From the sequence record OZ345387.1: DNA of 32,000 bases; one strand, 5' to 3'. Positions within the stretch are counted from its first letter, which is position 1. Each line of letters starts with the position of its first letter. Under the pieces are notes generated by a model. The model was not told the origin of the DNA and did not search any database. It worked only from the letters and a program-made list of their open reading frames with translations. The position numbers were made by a program, and so were the translations under genes. Below are positions 21,882-31,593 of the stretch, in pieces.

Positions 21882-22295
21882 ATGACCAGCTTATCTAATC
21901 GTTCAAGAGTTATGTATTCTGGCACAGGTAGACGTAAATCATCTATAGCTAGAGTTAGATTAATACCAGGATCAGGTAAATTAACCATAAATGGACTTCC
22001 GGGTGAATCATATCTACAATTCAGCCCTAATTACCTCAGAATTTCTTATGCTCCATTAAAAGTACTTGGTTTGCTCAATGAATATGACATACATGTGAAA
22101 GCAGAAGGTGGCGGACTAACTGGTCAAGCTGATGCGATAAGACTAGGTATCGCACGTGCTTTATGTAGCATTAATCCCAATAACCGCAATATGTTGAAGT
22201 CAGAAGGTTATTTAACTAGAGATGCCAGAATTAAAGAAAGAAGAAAATACGGACTACGTAAAGCAAGAAAAGCTCCTCAATATTCAAAACGATAA
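21882..22295 (+). CDS. rps9: 30S ribosomal protein S9
   Basis: [19 protein letters not shown] ... [19 protein letters not shown] ... [17 protein letters not shown]. Confidence 0.98.
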   Translation: MTSLSNRSRVMYSGTGRRKSSIARVRLIPGSGKLTINGLPGESYLQFSPNYLRISYAPLKVLGLLNEYDIHVKAEGGGLTGQADAIRLGIARALCSINPNNRNMLKSEGYLTRDARIKERRKYGLRKARKAPQYSKR

Positions 22296-22300
22296 TAAAA

Positions 22301-22513
22301 ATGGCTAAAAAAAATATACACCCTAAATGGCACTCTAATTCAAAAGTTTACTGCGATGGCAAACATATAATGACCGTGGGCTCAACTAAAAATCAACTTA
22401 ATGTAGATATATGGTCTGGCAATCATCCATTTTTTACCGGTTCACAGAGGATTATAGATACTGAAGGAAGAGTTGAAAGATTCATGAGAAAATACAATAT
22501 AAAAGAGGAATAA
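22301..22513 (+). CDS. rpl31: 50S ribosomal protein L31
   Basis: MAKKNIHPKWHSNSKVYCDGKHI ... HPFFTGSQRIIDTEGRVERF. Confidence 0.95.
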   Translation: MAKKNIHPKWHSNSKVYCDGKHIMTVGSTKNQLNVDIWSGNHPFFTGSQRIIDTEGRVERFMRKYNIKEE

Positions 22514-22516
22514 GAA

Positions 22517-22545
22517 TTGACAGGCATTGCTACAGTGTCTATACT
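22517..22545 (+). promoter_or_regulatory. near-consensus sigma70/PEP promoter TTGACA-N17-TATACT ahead of rps12
   Basis: TTGACA lies at 22517-22522, an exactly 17-nt spacer follows, and TATACT lies at 22540-22545. The whole element sits in the 67-nt rpl31-rps12 spacer, about 36 nt before the rps12 ATG. Confidence 0.6.
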
Positions 22546-22580
22546 ATTTTGAAAAAATCAGAACCATATCTTATTTAACC

Positions 22581-22955
22581 ATGCCAACTATTCAGCAATT
22601 AGTCAGACAAGAAAGAAAGAAAAGTCAAAAAAAGACTAAATCGCCTGCCCTTAAAGCTTGCCCACAAAGAAGGGGTGTATGTACAAGAGTTTATACAACA
22701 ACACCCAAAAAACCTAACTCCGCATTAAGAAAAGTAGCTAGGGTAAGACTAACCTCCGGATTTGAAGTTACAGCTTATATACCAGGTATTGGTCACAATA
22801 TACAAGAACATTCTGTAGTTCTTATAAGAGGCGGAAGGGTTAAAGATTTACCTGGAGTTAGATATCATATTATTCGGGGTACACTGGATGCTGCAGGTGT
22901 GAAAGAACGAACACAAAGTCGCTCAAAATATGGAAGCAAAAGACCAAAAACCTAA
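22581..22955 (+). CDS. rps12: 30S ribosomal protein S12
   Basis: [14 protein letters not shown] ... [55 protein letters not shown]. The track start at 22527 is a TTG inside the promoter spacer and I reject it. Confidence 0.98.
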   Translation: MPTIQQLVRQERKKSQKKTKSPALKACPQRRGVCTRVYTTTPKKPNSALRKVARVRLTSGFEVTAYIPGIGHNIQEHSVVLIRGGRVKDLPGVRYHIIRGTLDAAGVKERTQSRSKYGSKRPKT

Positions 22956-22975
22956 CACTTAATAAAAAAAATAAT

Positions 22976-23446
22976 ATGTCTCGTCGTAACACTGCAAAAA
23001 AAAGAGCGATGCTTCCTGATCCACTATATAACAGTAGACTAGTAAGCATGCTAACAGTAAGAATATTAAAAAGCGGCAAAAAAAGTCTGGCACAAAAAAT
23101 CATATATAAATCATTAGATATTATTAAAGAAAAAACCTCACGTGATCCACTCGAAATTTTAGAAAAAGCTATTCGTAATGCCACTCCATTAGTAGAAGTT
23201 AAAGCACGTAGGGTAGGTGGATCTACTTACCAAGTACCAATGGAGATACGAGCCTATAGAGGTACTAATTTAGCACTCCGATGGTTAACTCAATTTGCAA
23301 AAAAAAGATCGGGTAAAAACATGGCCAATAAACTTGCGAATGAAATAGTCGATGCCTCCAATGACAATGGTAGCACAATACGAAAGCGTGAAGAAACACA
23401 TAGAATGGCAGAGGCAAATAAAGCCTTTGCACATTATCGCTATTAA
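22976..23446 (+). CDS. rps7: 30S ribosomal protein S7
   Basis: [10 protein letters not shown] ... [13 protein letters not shown] ... [16 protein letters not shown]. Confidence 0.98.
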   Translation: MSRRNTAKKRAMLPDPLYNSRLVSMLTVRILKSGKKSLAQKIIYKSLDIIKEKTSRDPLEILEKAIRNATPLVEVKARRVGGSTYQVPMEIRAYRGTNLALRWLTQFAKKRSGKNMANKLANEIVDASNDNGSTIRKREETHRMAEANKAFAHYRY

Positions 23447-23506
23447 TCAATTTAACTAACATCAAAAGTAAAAAAATATTAAATAATAATAAGGAAAACT
23501 ATAAAT

Positions 23507-24736
23507 ATGGCAAGAGAAAAATTTGAAAGAAAAAAACCACATGTAAATATTGGTACAATTGGGCATGTAGACCATGGTAAAACCACATTGACAGCAGCTA
23601 TCTCTGCGACATTAGCTGCAGCAAACAATAGTATTGCTAAAAAATTTGATGAAATTGATGCTGCACCAGAAGAAAAAGCAAGAGGGATTACAATCAATAC
23701 AGCGCATGTAGAATATGAAACACAAAAAAGACATTATGCACATGTAGATTGCCCTGGACATGCTGACTATGTAAAAAATATGATCACCGGGGCAGCTCAA
23801 ATGGATGGAGCTATACTAGTTGTCTCAGCTGCTGACGGACCTATGCCACAAACGAGAGAACACATTTTACTAGCAAAACAAGTTGGCGTACCTAATGTAG
23901 TAGTATTCCTTAATAAACAAGACCAAGTAGATGATGATGAATTATTAGAATTAGTCGAATTAGAAGTTAGAGAATTACTATCACAATATGACTTCCCCGG
24001 AGACAATATACCTTTTATATCTGGATCAGCATTATTAGCTTTAGATAAAGTAACCAGCAATCCGGAAATCAAAAATGGTGAAGATGAATGGGTAGATAAA
24101 ATTCATAGCTTAATGGATGCTGTAGATGATTATATACCTACGCCAAAAAGAGATGTAGAAAAGACATTTCTAATGGCTGTAGAAGATGTGTTCTCTATTA
24201 CAGGTAGAGGTACTGTAGCAACCGGAAGAATTGAAAGAGGTATTATTAAAGTAGGGGATACAATAGAAATTGTTGGACTAAAAGAAACCAAAAGTACAAC
24301 AATTACTGGCCTAGAAATGTTTCAGAAAACACTTGATGAAGGCATGGCCGGAGATAATATCGGTATCTTATTAAGAGGTGTACAAAAAAACGACATCGAG
24401 AGGGGAATGGTACTGGCACAACCCAACACGATTACACCTCATACACAATTTGAAGCCGAAGTATATATATTAACCAAAGAAGAAGGAGGAAGACATACCC
24501 CATTTTTCTCAGGATACCGTCCACAATTTTATGTAAGAACAACAGATGTAACGGGCACAATTACACAATTTACAGCTGATGATGGATCTGCTGCTGAGAT
24601 GGTAATGCCTGGAGACAGAATCAAAATGAGCGCAGAATTAATTAACGCTATTGCAATTGAGCAAGGAATGAGATTCGCTATTAGAGAAGGTGGTAGAACT
24701 GTTGGAGCAGGTGTAGTTTCTAAAATTATTGAATAA
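23507..24736 (+). CDS. tufA: translation elongation factor Tu
   Basis: 409 aa. Motifs are [18 protein letters not shown] and NKQD. Confidence 0.99.
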   Translation: MAREKFERKKPHVNIGTIGHVDHGKTTLTAAISATLAAANNSIAKKFDEIDAAPEEKARGITINTAHVEYETQKRHYAHVDCPGHADYVKNMITGAAQMDGAILVVSAADGPMPQTREHILLAKQVGVPNVVVFLNKQDQVDDDELLELVELEVRELLSQYDFPGDNIPFISGSALLALDKVTSNPEIKNGEDEWVDKIHSLMDAVDDYIPTPKRDVEKTFLMAVEDVFSITGRGTVATGRIERGIIKVGDTIEIVGLKETKSTTITGLEMFQKTLDEGMAGDNIGILLRGVQKNDIERGMVLAQPNTITPHTQFEAEVYILTKEEGGRHTPFFSGYRPQFYVRTTDVTGTITQFTADDGSAAEMVMPGDRIKMSAELINAIAIEQGMRFAIREGGRTVGAGVVSKIIE

Positions 24737-24752
24737 TAGAGTTAATTAATCT

Positions 24753-25070
24753 ATGAATATTGCTCAAAAACAAAAAATAAGAATTAAACTTAAGTCATAT
24801 GATCCTAATCTAATTATAAATTCATGCAATCAAATTATTGAAGCTGCGCTTAGAACTAATGCATCAACAATTGGACCTGTTGCTTTCCCTACCAAACGGA
24901 AGTTATATTGTGTTTTAAGATCTCCTCATGTAGACAAAGATTCTAGAGAACATTTTGAAATCAGAACACATAGCAGAATGATAGATATATATACATTATC
25001 ATCACAAACAATTGATTCTTTAATGAAACTAAATATTCCTTCCGGTGTCGATATAGAAGTAAAACTATAA
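24753..25070 (+). CDS. rps10: 30S ribosomal protein S10
   Basis: [14 protein letters not shown] ... [39 protein letters not shown]. Confidence 0.97.
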   Translation: MNIAQKQKIRIKLKSYDPNLIINSCNQIIEAALRTNASTIGPVAFPTKRKLYCVLRSPHVDKDSREHFEIRTHSRMIDIYTLSSQTIDSLMKLNIPSGVDIEVKL

Positions 25071-25102
25071 TACGTTAGGTGACAGATCTGTCACCTAACG
25101 TA
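25071..25102. terminator. perfect 32-nt palindrome (16+16) between convergent rps10 and petF; likely bidirectional terminator or 3' stability hairpin
   Basis: tacgttaggtgacaga|tctgtcacctaacgta, centre AGATCT. It starts on the base after the rps10 stop and ends 20 nt before the petF stop. It is noticeably more GC-rich than its surroundings. Confidence 0.7.
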
Positions 25103-25122
25103 TTAATTCATGACTAATAAAT

Positions 25123-25428
25123 TTAATAAAGTTCTTCTTCTTTATGAGTTTCAATAGTACAATTACTAGTAGGGTAAGCTACACAAGTAAGAACAAAATT
25201 TGCTTCTAACTGATCCGGATCTAGAAAGGACTGATCTGATTGATCTACCGTTCCTTCAATAATAATACCTGCACATGAAGAGCAAGCACCAGCTCGACAA
25301 GAGTAAGGTAAATCCAATCCCATATCTTCAGCTGCATCTAATATATAAGAATCATCCGGACAATCAAACGTCTCTTCTTTTGTTTCGTCATCTTCTTCAA
25401 TAATTAACTTAACTTTATAATCAGCCAT
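25123..25428 (-). CDS. petF: plant-type [2Fe-2S] ferredoxin
   Basis: 101 aa. Cluster ligands lie in [14 protein letters not shown] ... LTCVAYP. Confidence 0.97.
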   Translation of the reverse strand: MADYKVKLIIEEDDETKEETFDCPDDSYILDAAEDMGLDLPYSCRAGACSSCAGIIIEGTVDQSDQSFLDPDQLEANFVLTCVAYPTSNCTIETHKEEELY

Positions 25429-25657
25429 TGTAAAACCCTCTAACTGTACAATATAATTTTCTAACGCTTAAAAAATAGTACAATATTAGTCCTATTACAA
25501 ACATCTAGAAACATAATAAAGATTAAAGCATTAAATGAAAACATATTATATTCTATAATACTTATATGATCGTAAAAAAATAAAAATCATCTCAATAAAG
25601 TCAAAGAATTTGTATATAAGTTAATATAATTAACATCATAATAAATACCTTTTATCA

Positions 25658-26527
25658 ATGCAGATATCTAAAACATCTATTCTAAAACCACGTAAAAATA
25701 TCCATATCGATTGCTTACTTGCACCATTATTTTTACAAGAAATTATAAGTTTAGTAAAACGATTAATAATACAAACAATCCGACGCCCTTCAAATGTAAT
25801 ATCTGGTATCATTCAACCATTATTATGGTTGATTTTATTTGGAGCACTATTTCAAAATGCGCCAGTAGGATTATTTACACTAGAAATAAAATATGGTCAA
25901 TTTTTAAGCTCCGGAATTATTATTTTCACTTCTTTCACTGGTTCTTTAAATGCAGGACTACCTTTAATTTTTGATAGGGAATTTGGTTTTTTGAACCGAA
26001 TTCTCGTATCCCCAATAATTTCTAAAGATACTTTATTATTATCTTTATCTTTCTTTATAACTGCAATAACAATGCTACAAACATTTACGATAGTTGCTTG
26101 TAGCTTACATATATTCAAGTATAGCTTCAGCATAAACCGATTTTATTTATTGATAATAGTTACTCTATTAATTACAAGCAGCATATCAAGCATCAGCATT
26201 GGCTTAGCTTTCATAATTCCAGGACATATTGAATTCCTAGCATTAATGCTACTTATAAACCTGCCAATGCTATTTTCTAGCACTGCACTCGCTCCTTTAT
26301 CTTTTATGCCTTATTGGCTTCAGATAGTTGCAAGCCTGAATCCATTAACATATGCTATCGAAAGTATTCGATTCATATCGATAGCTCAAAAATGGGATTA
26401 TACTTCGACAATAATTAAAACACTCTGGATAGACTTAACACTAATTCAAATATTATTATTACTATTGATATTAACAATAATAAGCTTCACTATAATTCAA
26501 ACAATTATTTCTGATAAACTTGAATAA
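25658..26527 (+). CDS. ycf38: ABC-2 type transporter permease (ycf38 family)
   Basis: 289 aa with about 6 predicted TM segments. The ABC-2 style motif FDREFGFLNRILVSPIS is present. No ATPase partner gene is adjacent. Confidence 0.75.
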   Translation: MQISKTSILKPRKNIHIDCLLAPLFLQEIISLVKRLIIQTIRRPSNVISGIIQPLLWLILFGALFQNAPVGLFTLEIKYGQFLSSGIIIFTSFTGSLNAGLPLIFDREFGFLNRILVSPIISKDTLLLSLSFFITAITMLQTFTIVACSLHIFKYSFSINRFYLLIIVTLLITSSISSISIGLAFIIPGHIEFLALMLLINLPMLFSSTALAPLSFMPYWLQIVASLNPLTYAIESIRFISIAQKWDYTSTIIKTLWIDLTLIQILLLLLILTIISFTIIQTIISDKLE

Positions 26528-26559
26528 CAAATAAATTGATACTTTGCAGACGATAAGAA

Positions 26560-26568
26560 TGGTATAAT
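26560..26568 (+). promoter_or_regulatory. candidate extended -10 promoter (TGgTATAAT) upstream of psbB
   Basis: TG lies at 26560-26561 and TATAAT at 26563-26568, about 87 nt upstream of the psbB ATG. GGAGG lies at 26640-26644. Confidence 0.4.
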
Positions 26569-26654
26569 AAATTAAGTAATATTAACTCAAATTTAGAAAT
26601 TAATTGTAAGAAAGGCACAACACTAATTTCTTATATTCGGAGGAATATAATTTA

Positions 26655-28184
26655 ATGGGATTACCATGGTATCGAGTACATACAGTAGTATTAAATGATC
26701 CTGGTCGCTTAATTTCTGTGCATTTAATGCACACAGCACTTGTTGCTGGTTGGGCAGGGTCAATGGCACTATACGAGTTAGCCGTTTTTGACCCTTCTGA
26801 CCCTGTTCTTAATCCTATGTGGCGACAGGGGATGTTTGTCATGCCTTTCATGGCACGATTAGGAGTGACTGATTCTTGGGGCGGATGGAGTATTACAGGA
26901 GAAAGCGTATCTAATCCTGGTCTTTGGAGTTTTGAAGGTGTAGCTATTACACATATTGTTTTATCCGGAATGCTTTTTCTTGCATCTATTTGGCATTGGG
27001 TATATTGGGACTTGGAACTTTTCCGTGATCCTCGAACCGGAGAACCAGCATTAGATTTACCAAAAATTTTTGGTATTCATCTTTTACTTTCTAGTTTATT
27101 ATGTTTTGGATTTGGTGCATTCCATGCAACAGGACTTTTTGGACCTGGAATATGGGTATCAGATGCCTATGGCGTGACTGGAAAAGTTCAGCCTGTTGCA
27201 CCAGCATGGGGGGCAGATGGATTTAATCCATTTAACCCTGGGGGAATAGCCTCACATCACATAGCAGCTGGTACGGTTGGGATCCTAGCTGGAATATTTC
27301 ACTTAACAGTTAGACCACCTCAACGCCTATATAGAGCATTAAGAATGGGAAATATAGAAACTGTATTATCTAGTAGTATTTCTGCGGTTTTCTTTAGTGC
27401 ATTTATTACTTGTGGAACAATGTGGTATGGATCTGCGACAACACCTTTAGAGCTTTTTGGTCCCACTAGATATCAATGGGATAGCGGATACTTTCAACAA
27501 GAAATTGAACAAAGAGTAGAAAATGCTTTAAATGAAGGTGCAAGTCCCATAGAAGCATGGTCAAGGATACCAGATAAACTCGCTTTTTATGATTATATTG
27601 GTAATAACCCAGCAAAAGGTGGACTATTCCGTGCAGGACCTATGGACAAAGGAGATGGTATAGCAGAAGCATGGCTAGGACATCCAGTTTTCCAAGATAA
27701 AGAAAATCGAGAACTAATCGTGAGAAGAATGCCTGCATTTTTCGAGACTTTCCCAGTAATTTTAGTTGACAAAGATGGAATTATACGCGCAGACATACCA
27801 TTTAGAAGAGCTGAATCCAAATATAGTATTGAGCAAGTAGGAGTTACAGTAAGTTTCTATGGTGGTAAGCTCAACAACAAAATATTTACAGACGCACCCA
27901 GCGTAAAAAAGTATGCAAGAAAAGCACAATTAGGTGAAGTATTTGAATTTGATAGAACTACACTAGAGTCAGATGGCGTATTTAGAAGCAGCCCAAGAGG
28001 TTGGTTTACATTTGGTCACGCTAACTTTGCTCTAATATTTTTCTTTGGACATTTATGGCATGGTTCACGAACAATATTCAGAGATGTTTTTGCTGGCATA
28101 GGAGCTGAAGTAACAGCACAAGTAGAATTTGGAGCTTTTCAGAAGCTAGGAGATACCAGCAGTAAAAAACAGGGATCTGTATAA
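26655..28184 (+). CDS. psbB: photosystem II CP47 chlorophyll apoprotein
   Basis: 509 aa: [62 protein letters not shown]. Confidence 0.99.
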   Translation: MGLPWYRVHTVVLNDPGRLISVHLMHTALVAGWAGSMALYELAVFDPSDPVLNPMWRQGMFVMPFMARLGVTDSWGGWSITGESVSNPGLWSFEGVAITHIVLSGMLFLASIWHWVYWDLELFRDPRTGEPALDLPKIFGIHLLLSSLLCFGFGAFHATGLFGPGIWVSDAYGVTGKVQPVAPAWGADGFNPFNPGGIASHHIAAGTVGILAGIFHLTVRPPQRLYRALRMGNIETVLSSSISAVFFSAFITCGTMWYGSATTPLELFGPTRYQWDSGYFQQEIEQRVENALNEGASPIEAWSRIPDKLAFYDYIGNNPAKGGLFRAGPMDKGDGIAEAWLGHPVFQDKENRELIVRRMPAFFETFPVILVDKDGIIRADIPFRRAESKYSIEQVGVTVSFYGGKLNNKIFTDAPSVKKYARKAQLGEVFEFDRTTLESDGVFRSSPRGWFTFGHANFALIFFFGHLWHGSRTIFRDVFAGIGAEVTAQVEFGAFQKLGDTSSKKQGSV

Positions 28185-28231
28185 ATACTATCTATAAATA
28201 TTTAAATTTTTAATAATATGGAGATAAAAAC

Positions 28232-28327
28232 ATGGAAGCTCTTGTATATGTCTTTCTATTAACAGGTACACTAATGGTAATATTTTTTGCCGTATTTTTT
28301 AGAGATCCTCCAAGAATTGCAAAATAA
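28232..28327 (+). CDS. psbT: photosystem II protein T
   Basis: Hand translation gives [31 protein letters not shown] (31 aa). GGAG lies upstream. Confidence 0.93.
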   Translation: MEALVYVFLLTGTLMVIFFAVFFRDPPRIAK

Positions 28328-28357
28328 GTAATAGTTACAGCAACAAAAAGAAATAAA

Positions 28358-28391
28358 CCACTCTCATAGAATTATAAACTTAAGAGAGTGG
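28358..28391. terminator. hairpin between convergent psbT and psbN
   Basis: ccactctc (28358-28365) pairs with gagagtgg (28384-28391), giving an 8-bp GC-containing stem that can extend inward by a few pairs. Confidence 0.45.
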
Positions 28392-28415
28392 GTCTAGTAA
28401 TATAAATTATTATTA

Positions 28416-28547
28416 TTATTCTTCATGCTCTTCAAAAGGATCACGTAGATCTTTAGAAATAGGACCAAAGGCTATATAAATAGAATAACCAGTAATACCC
28501 AAAAGTAAGCTCGAAATAAAAATGCTAAGAACTGTTGCAATTTCCAT
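28416..28547 (-). CDS. psbN: PsbN (PSII assembly factor)
   Basis: Hand translation gives [43 protein letters not shown] (43 aa). It sits on the opposite strand inside the psbB-psbT-psbH cluster, as in other plastids and cyanobacteria. Confidence 0.93.
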   Translation of the reverse strand: MEIATVLSIFISSLLLGITGYSIYIAFGPISKDLRDPFEEHEE

Positions 28548-28634
28548 AAATTAATCAAGAATAAAGTTAACTTATTTTTATAAAATTAATATAAAACTTG
28601 ATAAAGTATAACAATAAACTAAATTAAAAAAATT

Positions 28635-28838
28635 ATGGCACTGAGAACTCGACTAGGTGAAATTCTAAGACCCCTAAACTCTGAATACGGCAAAGTAGCA
28701 CCTGGATGGGGAACGACACCCATTATGGCAATATTCATGCTGTTATTCTTTTTATTCCTTTTAATTATTCTACAAATATATAACTCATCTCTTATACTAA
28801 ATAATGTTGATGTTGACTGGGCAACATTAGGTAATTAG
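28635..28838 (+). CDS. psbH: photosystem II phosphoprotein H
   Basis: [52 protein letters not shown]. Confidence 0.96.
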   Translation: MALRTRLGEILRPLNSEYGKVAPGWGTTPIMAIFMLLFFLFLLIILQIYNSSLILNNVDVDWATLGN

Positions 28839-28855
28839 TAGAATAAAAACCAATA

Positions 28856-28879
28856 ACCTTGTGTATTTATACACAAGGT
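28856..28879. terminator. hairpin between convergent psbH and psaE
   Basis: accttgtgtat-tt-atacacaaggt is a perfect 11+11 inverted repeat, effectively a 10-bp stem with a 4-nt loop. Confidence 0.55.
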
Positions 28880-28897
28880 ACAATAACAACTATAAAA

Positions 28898-29092
28898 TTA
28901 GTTAATAAGCATTAACTCGCTTTCACTAAAATTATTACTATTCACTCCATTATAAGATTCTTTAGTAAATCTAACTGAAATAGGGTATCTTATATCTGAT
29001 TTTTCTACCTTAGATATAACACCAATATCTTGATACCAATAAGATTCTTTCCTTAAAACTTTTACCTTAGAATTTTTAGTAAACATAAACAA
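28898..29092 (-). CDS. psaE: photosystem I subunit IV (PsaE)
   Basis: SKVKVLRKESYWYQDIGVISKVEKSDIRYPISVRFTKESYNGVNSNNFSESEL. The start could be M1 (29092) or M3 (29086). Confidence 0.93.
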   Translation of the reverse strand: MFMFTKNSKVKVLRKESYWYQDIGVISKVEKSDIRYPISVRFTKESYNGVNSNNFSESELMLIN

Positions 29093-29320
29093 TTATTTTA
29101 ATTTAATATCAATAGTATTCAATAATAAAGTAGCAGAGATGTAGAAATAAAAGCAAGTATATTAAATTTTATAAACTAGTCAAAAATTATTATATATTGT
29201 TAAGTTGCCGAAAAAATATGAAAAATGTTACATTTATTAGTATGATCTTATATATTTATATCCATTTAATGATAAATATATCCAAAATCAATAAAGAAAT
29301 TAATGCGAGGTTTTAAGACA

Positions 29321-31201
29321 ATGAAAATATCATGGAAAACAATTTTACTCTGGTCTTTACCAGTAATTGTAGTTACATTTTTCATATGGCAAGGTTTTTT
29401 AGCTCCAACAAATAATGAACTAAACAATAATGTTGCTAGCTCAAGAATGACTTATGGAAGGTTTCTAGAATACTTAGATATGGGTTGGGTAAAGCGCGTT
29501 GACATGTATGATAATGGACATACTGCAATTGTAGAAGCAATAGGACCTGAATTAGGTAATCGGGTTCAAAAAATAAGAGTTGAATTACCAACGAATGCTC
29601 CGGAACTTATTACTAAACTTAAAAACACAAATGTTGATTTAGATGCACATCCAGCTAAAAATACAAGTGCTATTTGGAACTTATTAGGTAACTTATTTTT
29701 TCCACTATTACTAGTAAGTGGACTAGCTTTACTGTTTAGAAGATCCAATAATAGTACTGGAGGGCCTGGACAAGCAATGTCTTTTGGAAAATCTAAAGCG
29801 TTATTTCAAATGGAAGCTAAAACTGGTATAGTTTTTGATGATGTTGCTGGTGTAGATGAAGCCAAAGAAGAATTTCAAGAAGTTGTAACATTTCTAAAGC
29901 AGCCTGAATGCTTCACAGCTGTTGGAGCTAAAATACCAAAAGGCGTGCTTCTAATTGGTCCTCCAGGAACTGGAAAAACACTCTTAGCAAAAGCAATTGC
30001 AGGAGAAGCTAGTGTGCCTTTTTTTAGTATATCTGGATCAGAATTTGTAGAAATGTTTGTAGGAGTTGGAGCTTCCAGGGTTCGAGACTTATTTAAAAAA
30101 GCAAAAGAAAACGCACCTTGTATAGTATTTATAGACGAAATTGATGCAGTAGGTAGACAAAGAGGAACGGGCATTGGTGGAGGTAATGATGAACGTGAAC
30201 AAACACTTAACCAGTTACTAACAGAAATGGATGGTTTTGAGGGCAATACCGGTATCATAGTAATTGCAGCAACTAACCGAGCAGACATTTTAGATTCAGC
30301 ACTACTACGACCTGGCAGATTTGATAGACAAGTAGCAGTAGATGTACCTGATTTCAATGGAAGACTAGCTATACTAAAAGTTCACTCCAAAAACAAAAAA
30401 GTTGACTCAACTGTATCATTATCAACAATTGCACGTCGCACTCCAGGCTTCTCTGGCGCTGATCTGGCAAACCTATTAAATGAAGCTGCCATACTAACCG
30501 CGAGGAAAAGAAAAAACACTATTACAATCAATGAAATCGATGCATCCATTGACCGCGTGGTTGCTGGCATGGAAGGAACTCCATTAGTAGATAGTAAAAG
30601 CAAGAGATTAATAGCTTATCATGAAATAGGACATGCTATAGTAGGAACACTTCTACAAAATCACGAACCTGTACAAAAAGTAACTTTAATTCCTCGAGGA
30701 CAGGCAAGAGGATTAACTTGGTTTACGCCAGCGGATGATCAAAGCTTAATTTCTAGAGCACAAATCTTGTCACGTATTATGGGTGCACTTGGAGGAAGAG
30801 CTGCTGAAGAAATTGTTTTTGGTGACGCAGAGGTAACAACTGGAGCTAGCAATGATTTACAGCAAGTAACATCTATGGCTAGGCAAATGGTCACAAGATT
30901 TGGAATGTCTGAGATCGGTCCACTTTCTTTAGAAAGTGAAGCTACAAGTCCTTTTTTAGGTAGGAGTATGTCAACAAGTTCAGAATATTCAGATGATGTT
31001 GCTATAAAAATAGATTCAGAAGTAAAAAATATTGTTGAATCTTGCCATAAAAAAGCATTAGAAATAATAAAAGATAACCGCGTGATAATTGACTATTTAG
31101 TTGACTTACTAATTGAAAAAGAAACTATTGATGGTAAAGAATTTAGAGAAATTATTAGTGAATATACAATTATACCAAAAAAATATCAATACAATATATA
31201 G
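29321..31201 (+). CDS. ftsH: ATP-dependent zinc metalloprotease FtsH
   Basis: [25 protein letters not shown], Walker [20 protein letters not shown], and zinc site HEIGHAIV. I prefer the ATG at 29321, which has GAGG 10 nt upstream, over the track start at 29303. Confidence 0.98.
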   Translation: MKISWKTILLWSLPVIVVTFFIWQGFLAPTNNELNNNVASSRMTYGRFLEYLDMGWVKRVDMYDNGHTAIVEAIGPELGNRVQKIRVELPTNAPELITKLKNTNVDLDAHPAKNTSAIWNLLGNLFFPLLLVSGLALLFRRSNNSTGGPGQAMSFGKSKALFQMEAKTGIVFDDVAGVDEAKEEFQEVVTFLKQPECFTAVGAKIPKGVLLIGPPGTGKTLLAKAIAGEASVPFFSISGSEFVEMFVGVGASRVRDLFKKAKENAPCIVFIDEIDAVGRQRGTGIGGGNDEREQTLNQLLTEMDGFEGNTGIIVIAATNRADILDSALLRPGRFDRQVAVDVPDFNGRLAILKVHSKNKKVDSTVSLSTIARRTPGFSGADLANLLNEAAILTARKRKNTITINEIDASIDRVVAGMEGTPLVDSKSKRLIAYHEIGHAIVGTLLQNHEPVQKVTLIPRGQARGLTWFTPADDQSLISRAQILSRIMGALGGRAAEEIVFGDAEVTTGASNDLQQVTSMARQMVTRFGMSEIGPLSLESEATSPFLGRSMSTSSEYSDDVAIKIDSEVKNIVESCHKKALEIIKDNRVIIDYLVDLLIEKETIDGKEFREIISEYTIIPKKYQYNI

Positions 31202-31206
31202 ATGAA

Positions 31207-31280
31207 CGGGACCGACGGGACTCGAACCCGCAACTTTCGCCGTGACAGGGCGATGCTCTAACCAATTGAACTACGATCCC
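31207..31280 (-). tRNA. trnD: tRNA-Asp (anticodon GUC)
   Basis: The reverse complement folds as GGGATCG TA GTTC AATTGGTTA GAGC A TCGCC CTGTCAC GGCGA AAGTT GCGGG TTCGAGT CCCGT CGGTCCC G. Confidence 0.93.
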
Positions 31281-31339
31281 TGATCTAGCAAGATCATACT
31301 ACAATAAAAATTAATTGTCAATTTTTTCACCACAAATTA

Positions 31340-31430
31340 AGGAGAGAAAGGGATTCGAACCCTCGATATAATAATATAATCATATAGCAGATTAGCAATC
31401 TGCCGCTTTCAACCACTCAGCCATCTCTCC
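31340..31430 (-). tRNA. trnS: tRNA-Ser (anticodon GCU), class II with a long all-AT-rich variable arm
   Basis: The reverse complement reads GGAGAGATGGCTGAGTGGTTGAAAGC G GCAGA TTGCTAA TCTGC, then a 22-nt variable arm, then GAGGG TTCGAAT CCCTT TCTCTCC. Confidence 0.88.
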
Positions 31431-31463
31431 TGGACTAAACCTTCAATAATAAAAAGACAAGGA

Positions 31464-31537
31464 TAGCTCAGGCGGGATTTGAACCTGCGACCTTGGGCTT
31501 ATGAGTCCCCTGCTCTAACCGACTGAGCTACTGAGCC
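31464..31537 (-). tRNA. trnM: tRNA with CAU anticodon (elongator Met or lysidine-modified Ile2; not initiator-like)
   Basis: The reverse complement reads GGCTCAG TA GCTC AGTCGGTTA GAGC A GGGGA CTCATAA GCCCA AGGTC GCAGG TTCAAAT CCCGC CTGAGCT A. The C11-G24 pair is elongator-type. Confidence 0.8.
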
Positions 31538-31593
31538 ATCTAAAGTATAAGAATAATATTATCATTAATAGAAAGACAAATCTACTCATAATT

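Noticed and set aside
22527-22580. N-terminal extension of rps12 in the ORF track ([18 protein letters not shown])
   Set aside because: It starts at a TTG inside the TTGACA-N17-TATACT promoter spacer. The conserved S12 N-terminus MPTIQQL begins at the ATG at 22581.
25531-25559. TTAAAT-N17-TATAAT upstream of ycf38, and TTGTAA-N17-TATTTT (minus strand) upstream of petF
   Set aside because: The -35 matches are weak and TATAAT-like strings are abundant in this AT-rich DNA. That is not enough to call promoters without transcript 5'-end data.
26600-26851. 83-aa minus-strand ORF overlapping the psbB 5' end
   Set aside because: It is antisense to the highly conserved CP47 N-terminus and has no family resemblance, so it is an artefact of the conserved opposite strand.
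29303-29320. Six-codon extension of ftsH (MRGFKT), plus a 32-codon upstream ORF at 29218-29316 in another frame
   Set aside because: The conserved FtsH N-terminus MKISWKT starts at 29321 with GAGG 10 nt upstream. The upstream ORF has no recognisable features and overlaps the ribosome-binding region. It is probably fortuitous.
29875-30357. 160-aa minus-strand ORF inside ftsH, with similar antisense ORFs at 29566-29748 and 30382-30603
   Set aside because: They are antisense to the AAA+ domain of ftsH and have Ser/Pro/Ala-rich nonsense composition. The same reasoning applies to antisense ORFs inside psaA (3774-4001), psaB (5393-5584), dnaK (8467-8676, + strand), tufA (23479-24072), rps3 (13541-13906), rps5 (17636-17944) and secY (18316-18579, 19000-19308).
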